Positions 17,559-28,800 of a stretch of DNA of 64,000 bases are shown here, one piece after another. This DNA is from an uncultured bacterium. GTDB taxonomy: Bacteria > Patescibacteriota > Patescibacteriia > Magasanikbacterales > UBA922. Location of the stretch: positions 68,941 through 132,940 of the forward strand of contig CALMAY010000037.1 in assembly GCA_937861125.1 (NCBI GenBank). The letters are read 5' to 3'. The notes below the pieces were generated by a model. That model did not search any database. It saw only the letters and a list, made by a program, of their open reading frames with translations, and was not told the DNA's origin. Positions within the stretch are counted from its first letter, which is position 1, and each line of letters starts with the position of its first letter. The position numbers were made by a program, and so were the translations under genes.

Positions 17559-18692
17559 ATGTATCAATACGCTTTTGTCCTAGGCCATGAACCAGATCTC
17601 TCATACATAGAAATCCAGTCTATAGCTCGTGTTTTTTTTGGACATGAAACTCCAGATTTGACCAGACACAAACACATTGCGATTCTTACGACAACAGAGG
17701 AAATCGATGCTCCAGCATGGATGCAACGTCTTGGTGGCACACAAAAAATTTTAAAAGCCATCAGTATTACTCATGACACAAATCCTCTCATTTCTATAAC
17801 CAAACATCTTCAAGAAGTCCAACCAGAAGGAAAATTAGTATTTTCGATCTCAGGCGACGATGCCAAAGGACGTGCCAAAGAAATTAAAAAACGTCTCAAA
17901 AATATAGGACGCTCAGTCCGCTATGTCGAACCAAAAAATGCCGCTACGGTAGAACACAACCGCCTTGTTGAGAAACAAGGTGACATAGTTATCAGTCATG
18001 GGTGTGTCTGGTATACTGTCGCACTTCAACCATTTGAGGCGTTTGCTGATCGTGACTATGGACGCCCAATGGCAGACAGCAAACGAGGCATGCTCCCACC
18101 AAAATTAGCACGCATGATGATCAATATTGCCGGCCTCAAAGTCACTGCATCTCTATACGATCCATTCTGTGGACTTGCGACAGTACTTTCAGAAGGATAC
18201 ACACTTGGATACTCTTCACTTATTGGGAGTGATATTGATCCAAAAGCAATTGCTCAAGCAAAAGAAAATATACAATGGATTATTCAAAAAGAAGGGCGAG
18301 CTATCACACCACATCTTTTTACTCACGATGCGACCATTCACACACCGCTCCCCCCTACATCGGTTGATGCAATTATTACCGAGCCATTTTTAGGAAAACC
18401 TATTCGTGGATACGAAGATATTGCCACCATAAAAACATCTGCTCGTGGATTGCAGGCATTATACACAAAAAGTTTCACTGCATTTGCCCAAGCGCTCAAA
18501 CAAAATGCGATAGTGGTATTTATCTTTCCATCATTTATCTGTGATGGTGAAGTAGTCACAACCATATCAGTACGAGATATTGAAAATCTTGGATACAGAC
18601 ATATTCCATTTTCTCCCACACTTCCATTTCTACGATACCACCGAGAGACACAGTACATTGCTCGAGATATCTACCAATTTAGAAAATTATAA
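17559..18692 (+). CDS. SAM-dependent (RNA/DNA) methyltransferase, UPF0020/Trm11-like
   Basis: SAM motif DPFCGLATVLSEG and catalytic-like ITEPFLG. Start moved to MYQYAFVLG. Confidence 0.6.
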   Translation: MYQYAFVLGHEPDLSYIEIQSIARVFFGHETPDLTRHKHIAILTTTEEIDAPAWMQRLGGTQKILKAISITHDTNPLISITKHLQEVQPEGKLVFSISGDDAKGRAKEIKKRLKNIGRSVRYVEPKNAATVEHNRLVEKQGDIVISHGCVWYTVALQPFEAFADRDYGRPMADSKRGMLPPKLARMMINIAGLKVTASLYDPFCGLATVLSEGYTLGYSSLIGSDIDPKAIAQAKENIQWIIQKEGRAITPHLFTHDATIHTPLPPTSVDAIITEPFLGKPIRGYEDIATIKTSARGLQALYTKSFTAFAQALKQNAIVVFIFPSFICDGEVVTTISVRDIENLGYRHIPFSPTLPFLRYHRETQYIARDIYQFRKL

Positions 18693-18726
18693 AAAAATAC
18701 TCCACCATAACGGCGGAGTATTTTTA
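18691..18726. terminator. Bidirectional terminator between convergent genes
   Basis: A7, hairpin TACTCCACC-ataac-GGCGGAGTA, then T5. Confidence 0.6.
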
Positions 18727-18735
18727 TATCAAACA

Positions 18736-19461
18736 CTACATTTTCTCAGGCCAAATAGAACTGACCAGTTGACCAACAAAATATCCAACTCCTGCCGCCG
18801 CTGACGCCAACGCAAGCATCTCGAGTCCTGACCTCCACCATGTACGTTTGGAAAAACGGCTTGTATACACACCCAAACCAAATAAACCAACCAATGTAAC
18901 TCCAATAGAAATAGGAAGAGCAGTATATACAGGTAAGACAAGATATGGCGTGATTGGAAATGCACCACCAATAATATAAGAAAAAAACATAATAACTGCA
19001 TTTCTCCCTGGATTTTCCAAATTATCTGGATTAATATGTAATTCGCGATACGCCATTTCTTTGAGAAGAAGCTGTTCATTTTTTGCTGCCGTAGTTGCCA
19101 TTGTCTCTGCTAGGTCTTTTGGCCAACCATCTTTAATATACATCTCCATCATCTCCACTGTCTCTTCTTTTGGAAATTTTTGAATTTCAATTCTTTCTTC
19201 CAGTAATTTTCTTTCATCAATTTCTCGCTCTGATTTACTCGAAAGATACGACCCTACTGCCATAGAAATAGATTCAACAGCAATCACCACAGAACCAGCC
19301 AACACAACAGTAAAATGATCCCCAGTTGCTGTGGCAATACCAGTAATAGCACCCAATGTAGAGGTCATACCGTCTTCCATCCCAAATACAAGTTCACGAA
19401 TATCAGCAGCGTTACCTGAATCAGTATGATGAATGTAGTTTGGATTATGTTCAATAGGCAT
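18736..19461 (-). CDS. VIT1/CCC1 family iron/manganese transporter
   Basis: REDVFGMEDG-like motif (IRELVFGMEDGMTSTLG), ferritin-like segment and C-terminal TMs. Confidence 0.85.
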   Translation of the reverse strand: MPIEHNPNYIHHTDSGNAADIRELVFGMEDGMTSTLGAITGIATATGDHFTVVLAGSVVIAVESISMAVGSYLSSKSEREIDERKLLEERIEIQKFPKEETVEMMEMYIKDGWPKDLAETMATTAAKNEQLLLKEMAYRELHINPDNLENPGRNAVIMFFSYIIGGAFPITPYLVLPVYTALPISIGVTLVGLFGLGVYTSRFSKRTWWRSGLEMLALASAAAGVGYFVGQLVSSIWPEKM

Positions 19462-19562
19462 ACTGAAAATGGTAAAGTTACTAAAGATGCTGAAGTTTCT
19501 AAATTAACATACTTTTATGAACGACCTTAGTAATTAGTGACATACGTGCCCTCACAATATCA

Positions 19563-20654
19563 TTAAGAAGCAATATGAAAGTAACACACGTCTCCGTCTT
19601 TGATAATATAGTCACGTCCCACAAGTTGTAGTTTACCACTTTCACGCACTCCTGACCAGCCACGCTGGGAAACAAAATGTTCCCAATTGGTGATATCTGC
19701 CTTAACAAATTTTTTAACAAAGTCAGTGTGAATTACCCCGGCAGCATCTGGTGCAAATGTGTTGGCAGGTACTGTCCATGCACGCGTCTCCATCTCTCCT
19801 GCGGTAAAATATGTTTGCAATTTGAGTAACTGATACCCAGCACGAATCATCTTATCAAGCCCACTTTCATTCATCCCCGCTTCACTCAAGAGCATTGCCG
19901 CGTCTTCACTTGATAGGTCGACCAATTCAGCCTCAAGTTTGGCAGATACAGTAATAACTTCAGCAGCACTATCATGTGCTTTGAGCGCAGCAACTGTTGC
20001 ACTCACATCCTGCATCGCTTCATCACAATTAACAACATACAACATTGGTTTAGCAGAAAGAAGACATAATTCTTTTACAATCGTTCGTTTATCCTCATCT
20101 TCAACAACCAATTGTCGTGCAGGTTTTTCCTGTTCTAAGTGTAGTATCAATTCATCAAGGAGCGCAAGTTCTTTTTCAAACTCTTTGGCATTGGCACCTT
20201 TTGCTTTACCGCGCGTCACATCGCGACGTTTGGTCGCAGTCGCCAAATCAGCAAGGATCAACTCAAGACCAATAATTTGTGCATCATCCACAGGATCAAC
20301 TCGGTTGCACACATGAATAACATTTTCATCAGAGAATGCACGAACAACCTGTGCGATTGCATTGACCTCGCGGATATGTGCAAGAAATTTATTTCCGAGT
20401 CCTGCCCCCTCAGACGCTCCCTGCACAAGTCCGGCGATATCTACAAACTCGATCGCTGTTGGAATAATACGTCCAGATTTTGCCACCTCAGCAAGTGGAG
20501 CCAATCGTGTATCAGGCACCTCAACAATACCAACGTTTGGTTCAATCGTACAAAAAGGAAAGTTTTGTGCATTGGCCTGTTTACTTTTGGTCAATGCATT
20601 AAAAAGGGTTGATTTTCCTACATTTGGAAGTCCGACGATGCCGATTTGTAACAT
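19563..20654 (-). CDS. ychF: Ribosome-binding ATPase YchF
   Basis: GIVGLPNVGKSTLFNALT, and a C-terminal TGS/YchF domain (DFVKKFVKADI). Confidence 0.95.
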   Translation of the reverse strand: MLQIGIVGLPNVGKSTLFNALTKSKQANAQNFPFCTIEPNVGIVEVPDTRLAPLAEVAKSGRIIPTAIEFVDIAGLVQGASEGAGLGNKFLAHIREVNAIAQVVRAFSDENVIHVCNRVDPVDDAQIIGLELILADLATATKRRDVTRGKAKGANAKEFEKELALLDELILHLEQEKPARQLVVEDEDKRTIVKELCLLSAKPMLYVVNCDEAMQDVSATVAALKAHDSAAEVITVSAKLEAELVDLSSEDAAMLLSEAGMNESGLDKMIRAGYQLLKLQTYFTAGEMETRAWTVPANTFAPDAAGVIHTDFVKKFVKADITNWEHFVSQRGWSGVRESGKLQLVGRDYIIKDGDVCYFHIAS

Positions 20655-20777
20655 ATTTAAGTAAAATTATAAAGATACAAACATCAAGAAACAAACCAAT
20701 GAACACCGAATAGAATCTTTACTAATAAAGCACTATATTTTGATTCTTACATCTTGTTTCTTTGAATCTTAAACAAG

Positions 20778-20851
20778 TGGACCTTACCGGACTTGAACCG
20801 GTTACCTCTGCCATGCCATGGCAGCGCTCTAGCCAGATGAGCTAAAGGCCC
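20778..20851 (-). tRNA. tRNA-Ala (anticodon GGC)
   Basis: Acceptor is GGGCCTT/AAGGTCC with G3:U70. Anticodon arm is CTGCC-ATGGCAT-GGCAG. Confidence 0.9.
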
Positions 20852-20892
20852 TCACAAAAGTGACCGTACTATAGCGAAAAAAAGGCTATCCG

Positions 20893-20925
20893 TCAATAAA
20901 ATACCCAACGTGATCCGTTGGGTAT
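20893..20925 (-). terminator. Terminator after the 1606-aa gene
   Basis: Hairpin ATACCCAACG-gatca-CGTTGGGTAT followed on the minus strand by TTTATT. Confidence 0.65.
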
Positions 20926-20931
20926 TAAGAA

Positions 20932-23900
20932 TTACTCAGTGACAGGTTCTTCTGTAGGTGAATCCTGTACTGGAGGAGTTTCTTCAGGCACGACGATGTC
21001 AGTTACCATAGGTGTTTCATCGGGTACCACCACCTCTTCTGGAACAGTCACAACCTCTTCATCACCTGTTTCAACAATTACCTCCTCTACCACTTCTTCA
21101 CTCAATTCATTTTGAACCTCTTCTCCAGCACCTTCTACAGCAGAAGGTTCATCGCCTTCTGGCTGTACAGGACTATTGTCATCTTCAACCACTTGACCCC
21201 CAACCAATCGCTTGGTAATCACCACCCAATCAAATGTCGCACTACTTGAACCGTCCCGCAGTTCTCGCACCACAAATCCATCCGCACTCTTGTCTGTCAC
21301 ATAGACACCATTCGCCTCTCCTGTCAATGTGATGGAGACACGCATCTCAGTGTTTGTATCAATCAAACTTTTATCACCATCTTCAAACAAAATAGTAGCT
21401 TGTCCATTTTGCAGCTGTCCACTGCCAGATAGAACATAGTCACTATCTTCTGACTGTACACCATACAATGTTTTTGTCTCACCACCGACAACCTCAACAC
21501 GTGATACAAAACGACCATGTTCATCAATTGACCAAGTATCACTTACACTAGAAATAGATGCTACATCAAATAAAGAATAACCACCGAGATCCAAATCGCC
21601 CCCAACCCAGTCCAATGTGCCACCTTGCCCCTGAGAAACAGTAAGCGCGTCAATTTGATCTTGTTGCTCTTGAATTGCTTTAGTGAGGAATGGAATCAGA
21701 CCAATTTGAGACAGGGTCTTGTATCCATTAGCACCGGTACCAACGAGACGTGGAAATAGCGCTTCTACTTCTTGAGCAATAAATCCATAATTTACTTCTC
21801 CACTTGGATCGGTATTCCAATTATATGTAACTGGGTTGAGCTGCATAACAGCATCAAGGGTGGATCCCATCACAGTGATGTTGGTTTTGAGATTGCGATC
21901 AGACGTACAAGAAAAGTCACCATCACTTGGATCCACTGTACAAGTAGCATCAGTATCGGTAAAGGCAGCGACGATACCGTCAGATGTGCGTACCGTATGA
22001 AGAAGATATGATGGTGATGTTGTATTAATACCCACAAATCCAGTGTCCAACACACGAATACGTTGATTTCCAGCACCATCAGCAAGGATAATGTTATTAG
22101 ACACATCCGAAGAAACACTTACAGACGCACCTATAATTGTGTTGTACGAGCCACTCATAATTCCACCACCACTTGCTACACCCACTACCGTATTAAATGA
22201 TCCTGAGACCAAATTAATCAACGTATTATATCCCAAACCAACATTATAATCACCAGTTTCGTTTGATACCATAGAAGCATCTCCAAATGCACTATTATAC
22301 TCACCAGAAGTATTTGCCTCCAACGCATTGGACCCAAACGCAGCGTTTTTATTTCCATTTAACGTATTAAACAATGCTCGTACACCAAATGCAGAGTTTT
22401 TTGATCCATTATCATTATTTGCCAGCGCCTCAGATCCAAATGCAGAGTTTTGCTCACCTATATTTACTTGCAGTGCACTATTTCCAAACGCACTATTATT
22501 ATCCGAAGATATATTTTGATTGAGTGCATTTGCACCAAATGCAGTATTATATGCACCTAATGTATTTGCAGACAAAGATCCATATCCAAAACCAGAATTA
22601 AAAGAACCTTCAGTATTTACAGATAATGTACCAATACCAACAGCACTATTGTATTGTCCTGTAGTGTTACTTTGTAATCCGCCGAATGTGACATTGGTAG
22701 AAAAACCACCACCACCCAAACCAACAGCAATACCATTTATACTTACATCGGTAATAAAATTAACCTCACTATTGAAAAATGCACGACCATTTACACCCAA
22801 TTGATCTTCAATATAGACATCATTTCCACCATCCAACAAAAACCCTCCATCGACGATGGATTCCCCTGACGCACCCACCAGTACACTACTAATAAATGTA
22901 GAAGTACTTCCAATTTGATATACAAACCCATCAATCACGAGCCCTGGATTTGTTTCTGATGCCCAATCACCCCACAATGTACTTGTACCTACACCAACCA
23001 ATTGTTTCTCACTATCAATACTTAAAGACCAAATATCATCAGCATACAAGGTTGACGTACTATTAGATACTAAAAATTGTGCGCCTTGAAAATATGCACC
23101 TCCATACAAATCACTTTCGTCATTATATTGTGATGTAAAAATGAAATTACCACCCGCAGCACCCTCACTCAAAAAATTTATGTTACCAATACCATTATTC
23201 CCATCAAAAGAAATTTCACCTGTTTGTACCCCAGGATAAGACAAAATATCATCTCCTGTAAACACAATACTGTCTTGCCCTAACACAATCGAATCAGCAG
23301 AGGAGTTAGAAGTGGTTGCAACTCGAATTGTTCCAGAAACCATAACAGTACTCACATGAGCAGTATCGTATGTACCAATACTAACTACACCTGTGTCAAA
23401 ATAAATATCACTCCCACTAGTTGTCCACACCCCGTCAGGACTCAAACAAACCCCAGCAATAGAAAAACATCCAGACGCAATATCAATACTTCCACCAAAT
23501 GTTGAAGTGGATGTTCCTAACACAGAGACCTGCTGCGTTTCCACTAAACCAGTAAGACCATTGATAGTAACAGTACCACCATCATCAATTCCATTACTAA
23601 AATACAACTTACCATAGAGCCCAGACTCTTCAGAACCAAGCCAACCATCAACAAACCCACCATCCAACGCAGTTAGCATAGTAAATCCAAATGCAGGGTA
23701 AGACAAATTATTTGCATAGCCAACAAGACCAGCCCCTTGGCCGCTATTTTCAGTTGTACCAATCAAATTTAATATACCCAATTTACCTCCCGAGGTTATC
23801 TCACCAATATCAATACCCACATAATTATCTGGATAAATACCAGAAAGATCTCTCAACTGAATTGTATTGTTTACAAAACTTGCATTACCACCAAATGTAG

Positions 23901-25752
23901 AGGTGCCTGTACCAGCAACATCCAAAATTCCATCAGCATATATATTACTATTAAACCCAGCATCACCATGAACATACAGATCATTCCCATTCATCACAAA
24001 AGAGCCACTTGCTATTGCCTCAGTACCCGCACCCAATAAAAAATCATTTAACAAATACGAATCTTCCGATGTACTACCCGATATATATGCACCAAGACTT
24101 CCACCCCCAGCACCAATCACAATAGAGCCAGCACCAACAGATGGAGTGGCGCCACCTAAAGTAAGTTGGGGACGATTGGATGTACTCACAGAGAATGTAG
24201 CAGCATAACCAGTAGTCATCCCTGGTATAGTCGTGGTAGATATAGGATATAGCACCACAGCCGGACCAAGGTTTGGATTTGAACTCATAGCACGAAAGAC
24301 GCCCGCAGAACCACTAAGTCCAGTACCACTATCGACAGTGCTGATAGACGTACCCAATGAAGTATCTACATATGTTTTTACACTACCACCAGCTAGTGTA
24401 CTAGTTGCCGAAACAAACATATCACCAGACACGGCAAGATCATACATAGGACTTGTTGTGTTGATACCAACATTACCAGAACTAAAATAGATATCAGATC
24501 CAGCAGTAGTCCACTGCGAACTCCCACCAGAGATACAAGTACCATTTACCGAAAAACATTTACCACTCGCCAAATCAATACTACCAGCAAAAGTGGAAGT
24601 ACCAGTGCCAGCGACATCTAAAATACCATCAGTGAAGATATTTCCGTGGATTCCCATATCACCTTCGACATATAAATCATCGTCAGACACCGCAAATGAT
24701 CCATTTGCAATAGATTCAGTATTTGCACCAATTTTAAAGCTATCCATAATCCTGGACTTATTGCGCCCATCTCCCAAAAAGAAATAGGTTGTCCCTGTTT
24801 CATCTGCAAAATTGAGTGCAGACCCAGTATCCAACGCTTCTACAGCAAGCACCTCATTCCCTAGACCATTACTCATACGCAAGGCACCATTGATCTGTGA
24901 ACCACCAATGGTGATAAGAGCAGTTCCATATGGATTAAATATGGGTCCATAGGTAGCAAGCATAATTTCATGTGAATTCTGCCCCATTTGATTTAATGTG
25001 AGGTATGTACCTATATACGTGGAAGTATTTCCATGCAATTGAAGACTACCACCAGGCATGGCAGTACCCAAACTACCAGCAGAAAATCCATACATGGTTT
25101 CACCATAATAATTCGTTACATTTCCAACTTGTGCATATCCACCCCCAAACGTCGTCGTATTAAACGCAAAACTCCCATCAATATCAGACATTGGGATATA
25201 GGTAGTTGATTGTGGAGTTGATGTAGCTTCTACTCCATTGAGATATGATGAGTTGACAGCGTACGGGCTAGCAGTGAGTCTCTTTCTTGGGGAGAGTGTG
25301 GTGCCATCTACGATGATTTCAAGATAGAGTTCACTGTTGTCTGAGAAGATGGTTGGGTCAAGTGTATTGGTGTCAGTATCTCCGAGATTGATAGAGAAAA
25401 TACCTGCTGTAGGAGTAATCATGATAGTACCAATAGTTGGGAGTGTCCCTGCAGCAGTATAGAGTGCTGTGCCACCAGAGTCAGCGTCATAGATGGTAAA
25501 GGACATGGCTTTGGTGGTGGTGACAGAGGCACCATCTTCAAGGAGTTTTCCTTGGTAGGTAATAATACTTGGTGGTGTCGCAGAGTCTACTGAACGAGAA
25601 AACCAGACAACAGAGAAAAGAAGACTAAACGAAAAAAGAAAAATAAAAAACCAAGAAGAAAGAGTGTTCTTGTGTGTAAGAATGTGTGGTGATGTATTGT
25701 TACAATTTTCTCGATCCATGTGTGTATATACAAGAATACTAACCAGAGTCAT
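20932..25752 (-). CDS. Giant (1606 aa) surface fibre protein, tail-fibre-like, with YadA-head-like NSAFG repeats and an S74 intramolecular-chaperone motif
   Basis: An N-terminal TM/signal, an internally repeated G/S/T-rich beta region, and about 12 NSAFG-type repeats. The motif SDRNLK...YGFIAQEVEALFP...LIPFLTKAIQEQQ lies at about nt 21639-21903. The tail is acidic and E/V/P-rich. Confidence 0.85.
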   Translation of the reverse strand: MTLVSILVYTHMDRENCNNTSPHILTHKNTLSSWFFIFLFSFSLLFSVVWFSRSVDSATPPSIITYQGKLLEDGASVTTTKAMSFTIYDADSGGTALYTAAGTLPTIGTIMITPTAGIFSINLGDTDTNTLDPTIFSDNSELYLEIIVDGTTLSPRKRLTASPYAVNSSYLNGVEATSTPQSTTYIPMSDIDGSFAFNTTTFGGGYAQVGNVTNYYGETMYGFSAGSLGTAMPGGSLQLHGNTSTYIGTYLTLNQMGQNSHEIMLATYGPIFNPYGTALITIGGSQINGALRMSNGLGNEVLAVEALDTGSALNFADETGTTYFFLGDGRNKSRIMDSFKIGANTESIANGSFAVSDDDLYVEGDMGIHGNIFTDGILDVAGTGTSTFAGSIDLASGKCFSVNGTCISGGSSQWTTAGSDIYFSSGNVGINTTSPMYDLAVSGDMFVSATSTLAGGSVKTYVDTSLGTSISTVDSGTGLSGSAGVFRAMSSNPNLGPAVVLYPISTTTIPGMTTGYAATFSVSTSNRPQLTLGGATPSVGAGSIVIGAGGGSLGAYISGSTSEDSYLLNDFLLGAGTEAIASGSFVMNGNDLYVHGDAGFNSNIYADGILDVAGTGTSTFGGNASFVNNTIQLRDLSGIYPDNYVGIDIGEITSGGKLGILNLIGTTENSGQGAGLVGYANNLSYPAFGFTMLTALDGGFVDGWLGSEESGLYGKLYFSNGIDDGGTVTINGLTGLVETQQVSVLGTSTSTFGGSIDIASGCFSIAGVCLSPDGVWTTSGSDIYFDTGVVSIGTYDTAHVSTVMVSGTIRVATTSNSSADSIVLGQDSIVFTGDDILSYPGVQTGEISFDGNNGIGNINFLSEGAAGGNFIFTSQYNDESDLYGGAYFQGAQFLVSNSTSTLYADDIWSLSIDSEKQLVGVGTSTLWGDWASETNPGLVIDGFVYQIGSTSTFISSVLVGASGESIVDGGFLLDGGNDVYIEDQLGVNGRAFFNSEVNFITDVSINGIAVGLGGGGFSTNVTFGGLQSNTTGQYNSAVGIGTLSVNTEGSFNSGFGYGSLSANTLGAYNTAFGANALNQNISSDNNSAFGNSALQVNIGEQNSAFGSEALANNDNGSKNSAFGVRALFNTLNGNKNAAFGSNALEANTSGEYNSAFGDASMVSNETGDYNVGLGYNTLINLVSGSFNTVVGVASGGGIMSGSYNTIIGASVSVSSDVSNNIILADGAGNQRIRVLDTGFVGINTTSPSYLLHTVRTSDGIVAAFTDTDATCTVDPSDGDFSCTSDRNLKTNITVMGSTLDAVMQLNPVTYNWNTDPSGEVNYGFIAQEVEALFPRLVGTGANGYKTLSQIGLIPFLTKAIQEQQDQIDALTVSQGQGGTLDWVGGDLDLGGYSLFDVASISSVSDTWSIDEHGRFVSRVEVVGGETKTLYGVQSEDSDYVLSGSGQLQNGQATILFEDGDKSLIDTNTEMRVSITLTGEANGVYVTDKSADGFVVRELRDGSSSATFDWVVITKRLVGGQVVEDDNSPVQPEGDEPSAVEGAGEEVQNELSEEVVEEVIVETGDEEVVTVPEEVVVPDETPMVTDIVVPEETPPVQDSPTEEPVTE

Positions 25753-25774
25753 TGGCAGAATTCTCCTTCATAAG

Positions 25775-25806
25775 TATACCACAAAAAAACACGCGAGAGT
25801 ATGCGT
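25775..25806 (-). terminator. Terminator of the three-gene surface operon
   Basis: Minus strand: A5, hairpin ACACGC-atactctc-GCGTGT, then T7. It is followed by the TGgTATACT extended -10 (25773-25781) of the next gene. Confidence 0.75.
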
Positions 25807-25830
25807 GTTTTTGTGAATAACGTAATACAA

Positions 25831-28800
25831 TTACGATAGCTTTGTTGGTGAAACATCTGAAGGCGCCTCCCCTTTCTTCAAACCTACATCTTTTACCACC
25901 AAACCATTCTCTTCTTTTACCACCACAGAATCTGTTTTTTCTGGAACATATCCCTCTTTTTCAAACGTAACATAGTAATCATTTGGTCCAACCAAAAATG
26001 AATACCGCCCTTTACTATCTGTTACTTGCGTCGCAACTAACTTATCAAACTGTTTGCTAAATAAACGTGCCACAGCTCTCCCGACAGGCTGTGCCGTCCC
26101 ATGTTCATAGACCAACCCCCACCCTTTTGGTTTCTTTGGCCACACGTATCGTAAAAAGAGTACAAACAAAACGGTGTGAATGACTAAAAAGACAACAGTA
26201 AGTACCGATGGCGTAATATAGACAGAGATGACTGCACCCACAATACTAACAATCGCCACAGTATGTTGCAATCGACGCAACCATTTTTCCAACACAATTC
26301 GCTTGATCGTTTTTTCTTTTGCGTCCACTGGATCCACTGGAATATTTGGTGTGATTTGAGTATCTTTTTCATCGACTCGAATTGACTCACCATGGTAAAT
26401 ATCAAGAAATGATCCGTCTTCTTTTACACTTGAAAGTAGATGAGTCGGAAACACATACCCCTGTTTAAACACCTCAATTAAGTACTGCCCAGGCTCTACC
26501 ATAAAAAGATATCGCCCCTTGGCATCAGTCACACGAGACTGAACCACTCGTCCTGTTGTCTTGTCTATCAGGCGGATAGTCGCCAAATCAATCGGAAGTT
26601 TATTTAAACTGTTATACACCACACCCCAAGCCTGACGCTTCCTTTTTCCCACCAAATACAGTGGCTGCAAAAAGAGAAAACGAAGTAACGGTAACAAAAT
26701 TGAAAACAATGATGGAATCAATGTGGCAGCTGAGACACCAACAAACGTCGGTGCAACAACTGTTTGTACCGCTTCTTCCACACGTGGATCATCCTTTTTT
26801 TCCAGTACATCCCGTGCTCCTTGCAGTGCGGTATTGAGTACAAACCCGATCGTCTCCACTGGTGTTTCTGGTAGGGCCAGCAGTTCAAGTGAACGATTAA
26901 TAACATGATCTGTCACTTGAAATGAAAACGTCTTTCGCTGTGCATACCCACCTTTATCTACAACGAGTGTGTACACTCCGTTTGGAACAACAAAACCATA
27001 GGTACCAGAAGAATCTGTACGAAATGGATTACTCTGACGAAATGATGTAATGTCAAATACTGTATCTCCTGCATACAAAGAAACATTCGCATCAGCAAGA
27101 CGTACACGCTCTGTGTCGGAAATAATACCAAACGGAGCACTCTCGACTTGAAACGGTACAACATCTACTAAACCTTCTGCATAAAATATTTCAATCGTCG
27201 CGTCATATCGACCAACAGGAGGAAATAATACATCCGAACGATACATTCCGTCAGCTTCTCGTGTGAGAGCATATCGCTGTCCACGCAACACCAATACCAA
27301 TGTTGTTGACGGTGTAATATGATGGAGACTTCCCTCAGAGATACCGACAGTCAACTGATCTCCCGTTAAACTTTTTACGACCCCCTGTGTTGGCACCACC
27401 TCAATAGTGCGTTCAGCAATCCAATACCTTGTTGTGGTAACATGATCCGTCACGGTTACGTTTGGTGAATTATATTCATCATTGTCTGTCGCAGAAGAAC
27501 AGCCTGGGTCTTGTAAATCGACCAATCCATCTCCATCATTATCAGCTCCATCTGAACAAGCAAATACACCACGACATGCTGGCTCTCCAGCACAGTCAGG
27601 ATCAGAACAATCAATCAGACTATCACCATCATCATCAACACCATTGGTGCACTGCTCTACACCATTTGGTGGCACACCAGTACACCCAGACACATCAAAT
27701 ATACAGGCACCACCACAACTCAGCGATCCACCAGCATACCCACGACTCACACATGATGCACCACCCAGATCAGAGCCATCACATTGCTCAACCCCGCTGC
27801 GGATCACATTATCACCACATATCGCTGCCTGACACAAATTTGTACAACTATCATTTTGATTGTTATTTCCGTCATCACACGTCTCACCTACATTGACAAT
27901 ACTGTTGCCACAAGTAGCCAGCGCATTCGTACACGATGATACATTAAATGTGCACGAATTACTACAACTCAGTGATCCGCCATCATAGCCACGACTCACA
28001 CACGTCGCACCATTCAAGTTCGTGCCATCACACTGCTCTCCACTTTCAACAATATTATTTCCGCACACTGATGTTTCCACTACACCACTTGGCGTCGCAT
28101 TTGCACAGACACCAGCACTTGCATTGCCAGATGTGTCATACACAGAGAGACGATAATAATATGTTGTACTATTTGTCAGTCCAGCATGTTGTATACTCAA
28201 CTGAGCAACAGATGCAATGTTTTGTAATAACGCCCCCGCACCACGTGCAGGACAGCTACCAAGTGACCATTCGATACGGTAGTAGGCAAAATCACTCACA
28301 CTCTCACTATATTGCCATGACAAATTGTTAGCAGCAACCACACCATTTGCCGTGAATGAAGATACATCTGGTGGCGGTGTCGAATCTGACAACGTAATAA
28401 ATGGACACTCAGCTGTTCCTATCTCATTATTGGAATCAATACACGTAATACGACACTGATACGCCATATTTGGTGTCAGTCCACTAAGTGTGGATTGATA
28501 TGAACCACTGACGACACCGATCGAGATATAATTGCCAACACCATATCCAAGTGTACAACTGACAATACTTTTTGGGATGGTTGTCGAAGCATCCCAAACA
28601 ATCTGAGCACTAGTCTGTGTGGTTGAGGTAGAAATCAACGTAACAGTAACAGACGAGGACTCACTAATAGTAACAAAAGACCCAGTCTCACTATCACTAT
28701 TACCGGATGTATCACTACAGGAAATGTGATAAAAATATTCTGTGGAAGCACTTAAACCTGCCAAAGAGACAGTATATGTTCCCACCACAGTACCACTTGT

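Noticed and set aside
20932-25752. Prophage or tailocin interpretation of the tail-fibre-like 1606-aa gene.
   Set aside because: No capsid, terminase, baseplate, sheath, integrase or lysis genes lie anywhere nearby. The gene has a cellular-type signal/TM N-terminus and its own housekeeping-style promoter.
27462-28331. His/Gln-rich plus-strand ORFs (144, 116 and 127 aa) inside the 1119-aa gene.
   Set aside because: They are mirror frames of the Cys/Asp/Gly-rich minus-strand coding sequence. They are low-complexity, have no start signals, and the minus-strand gene is continuous and domain-rich.
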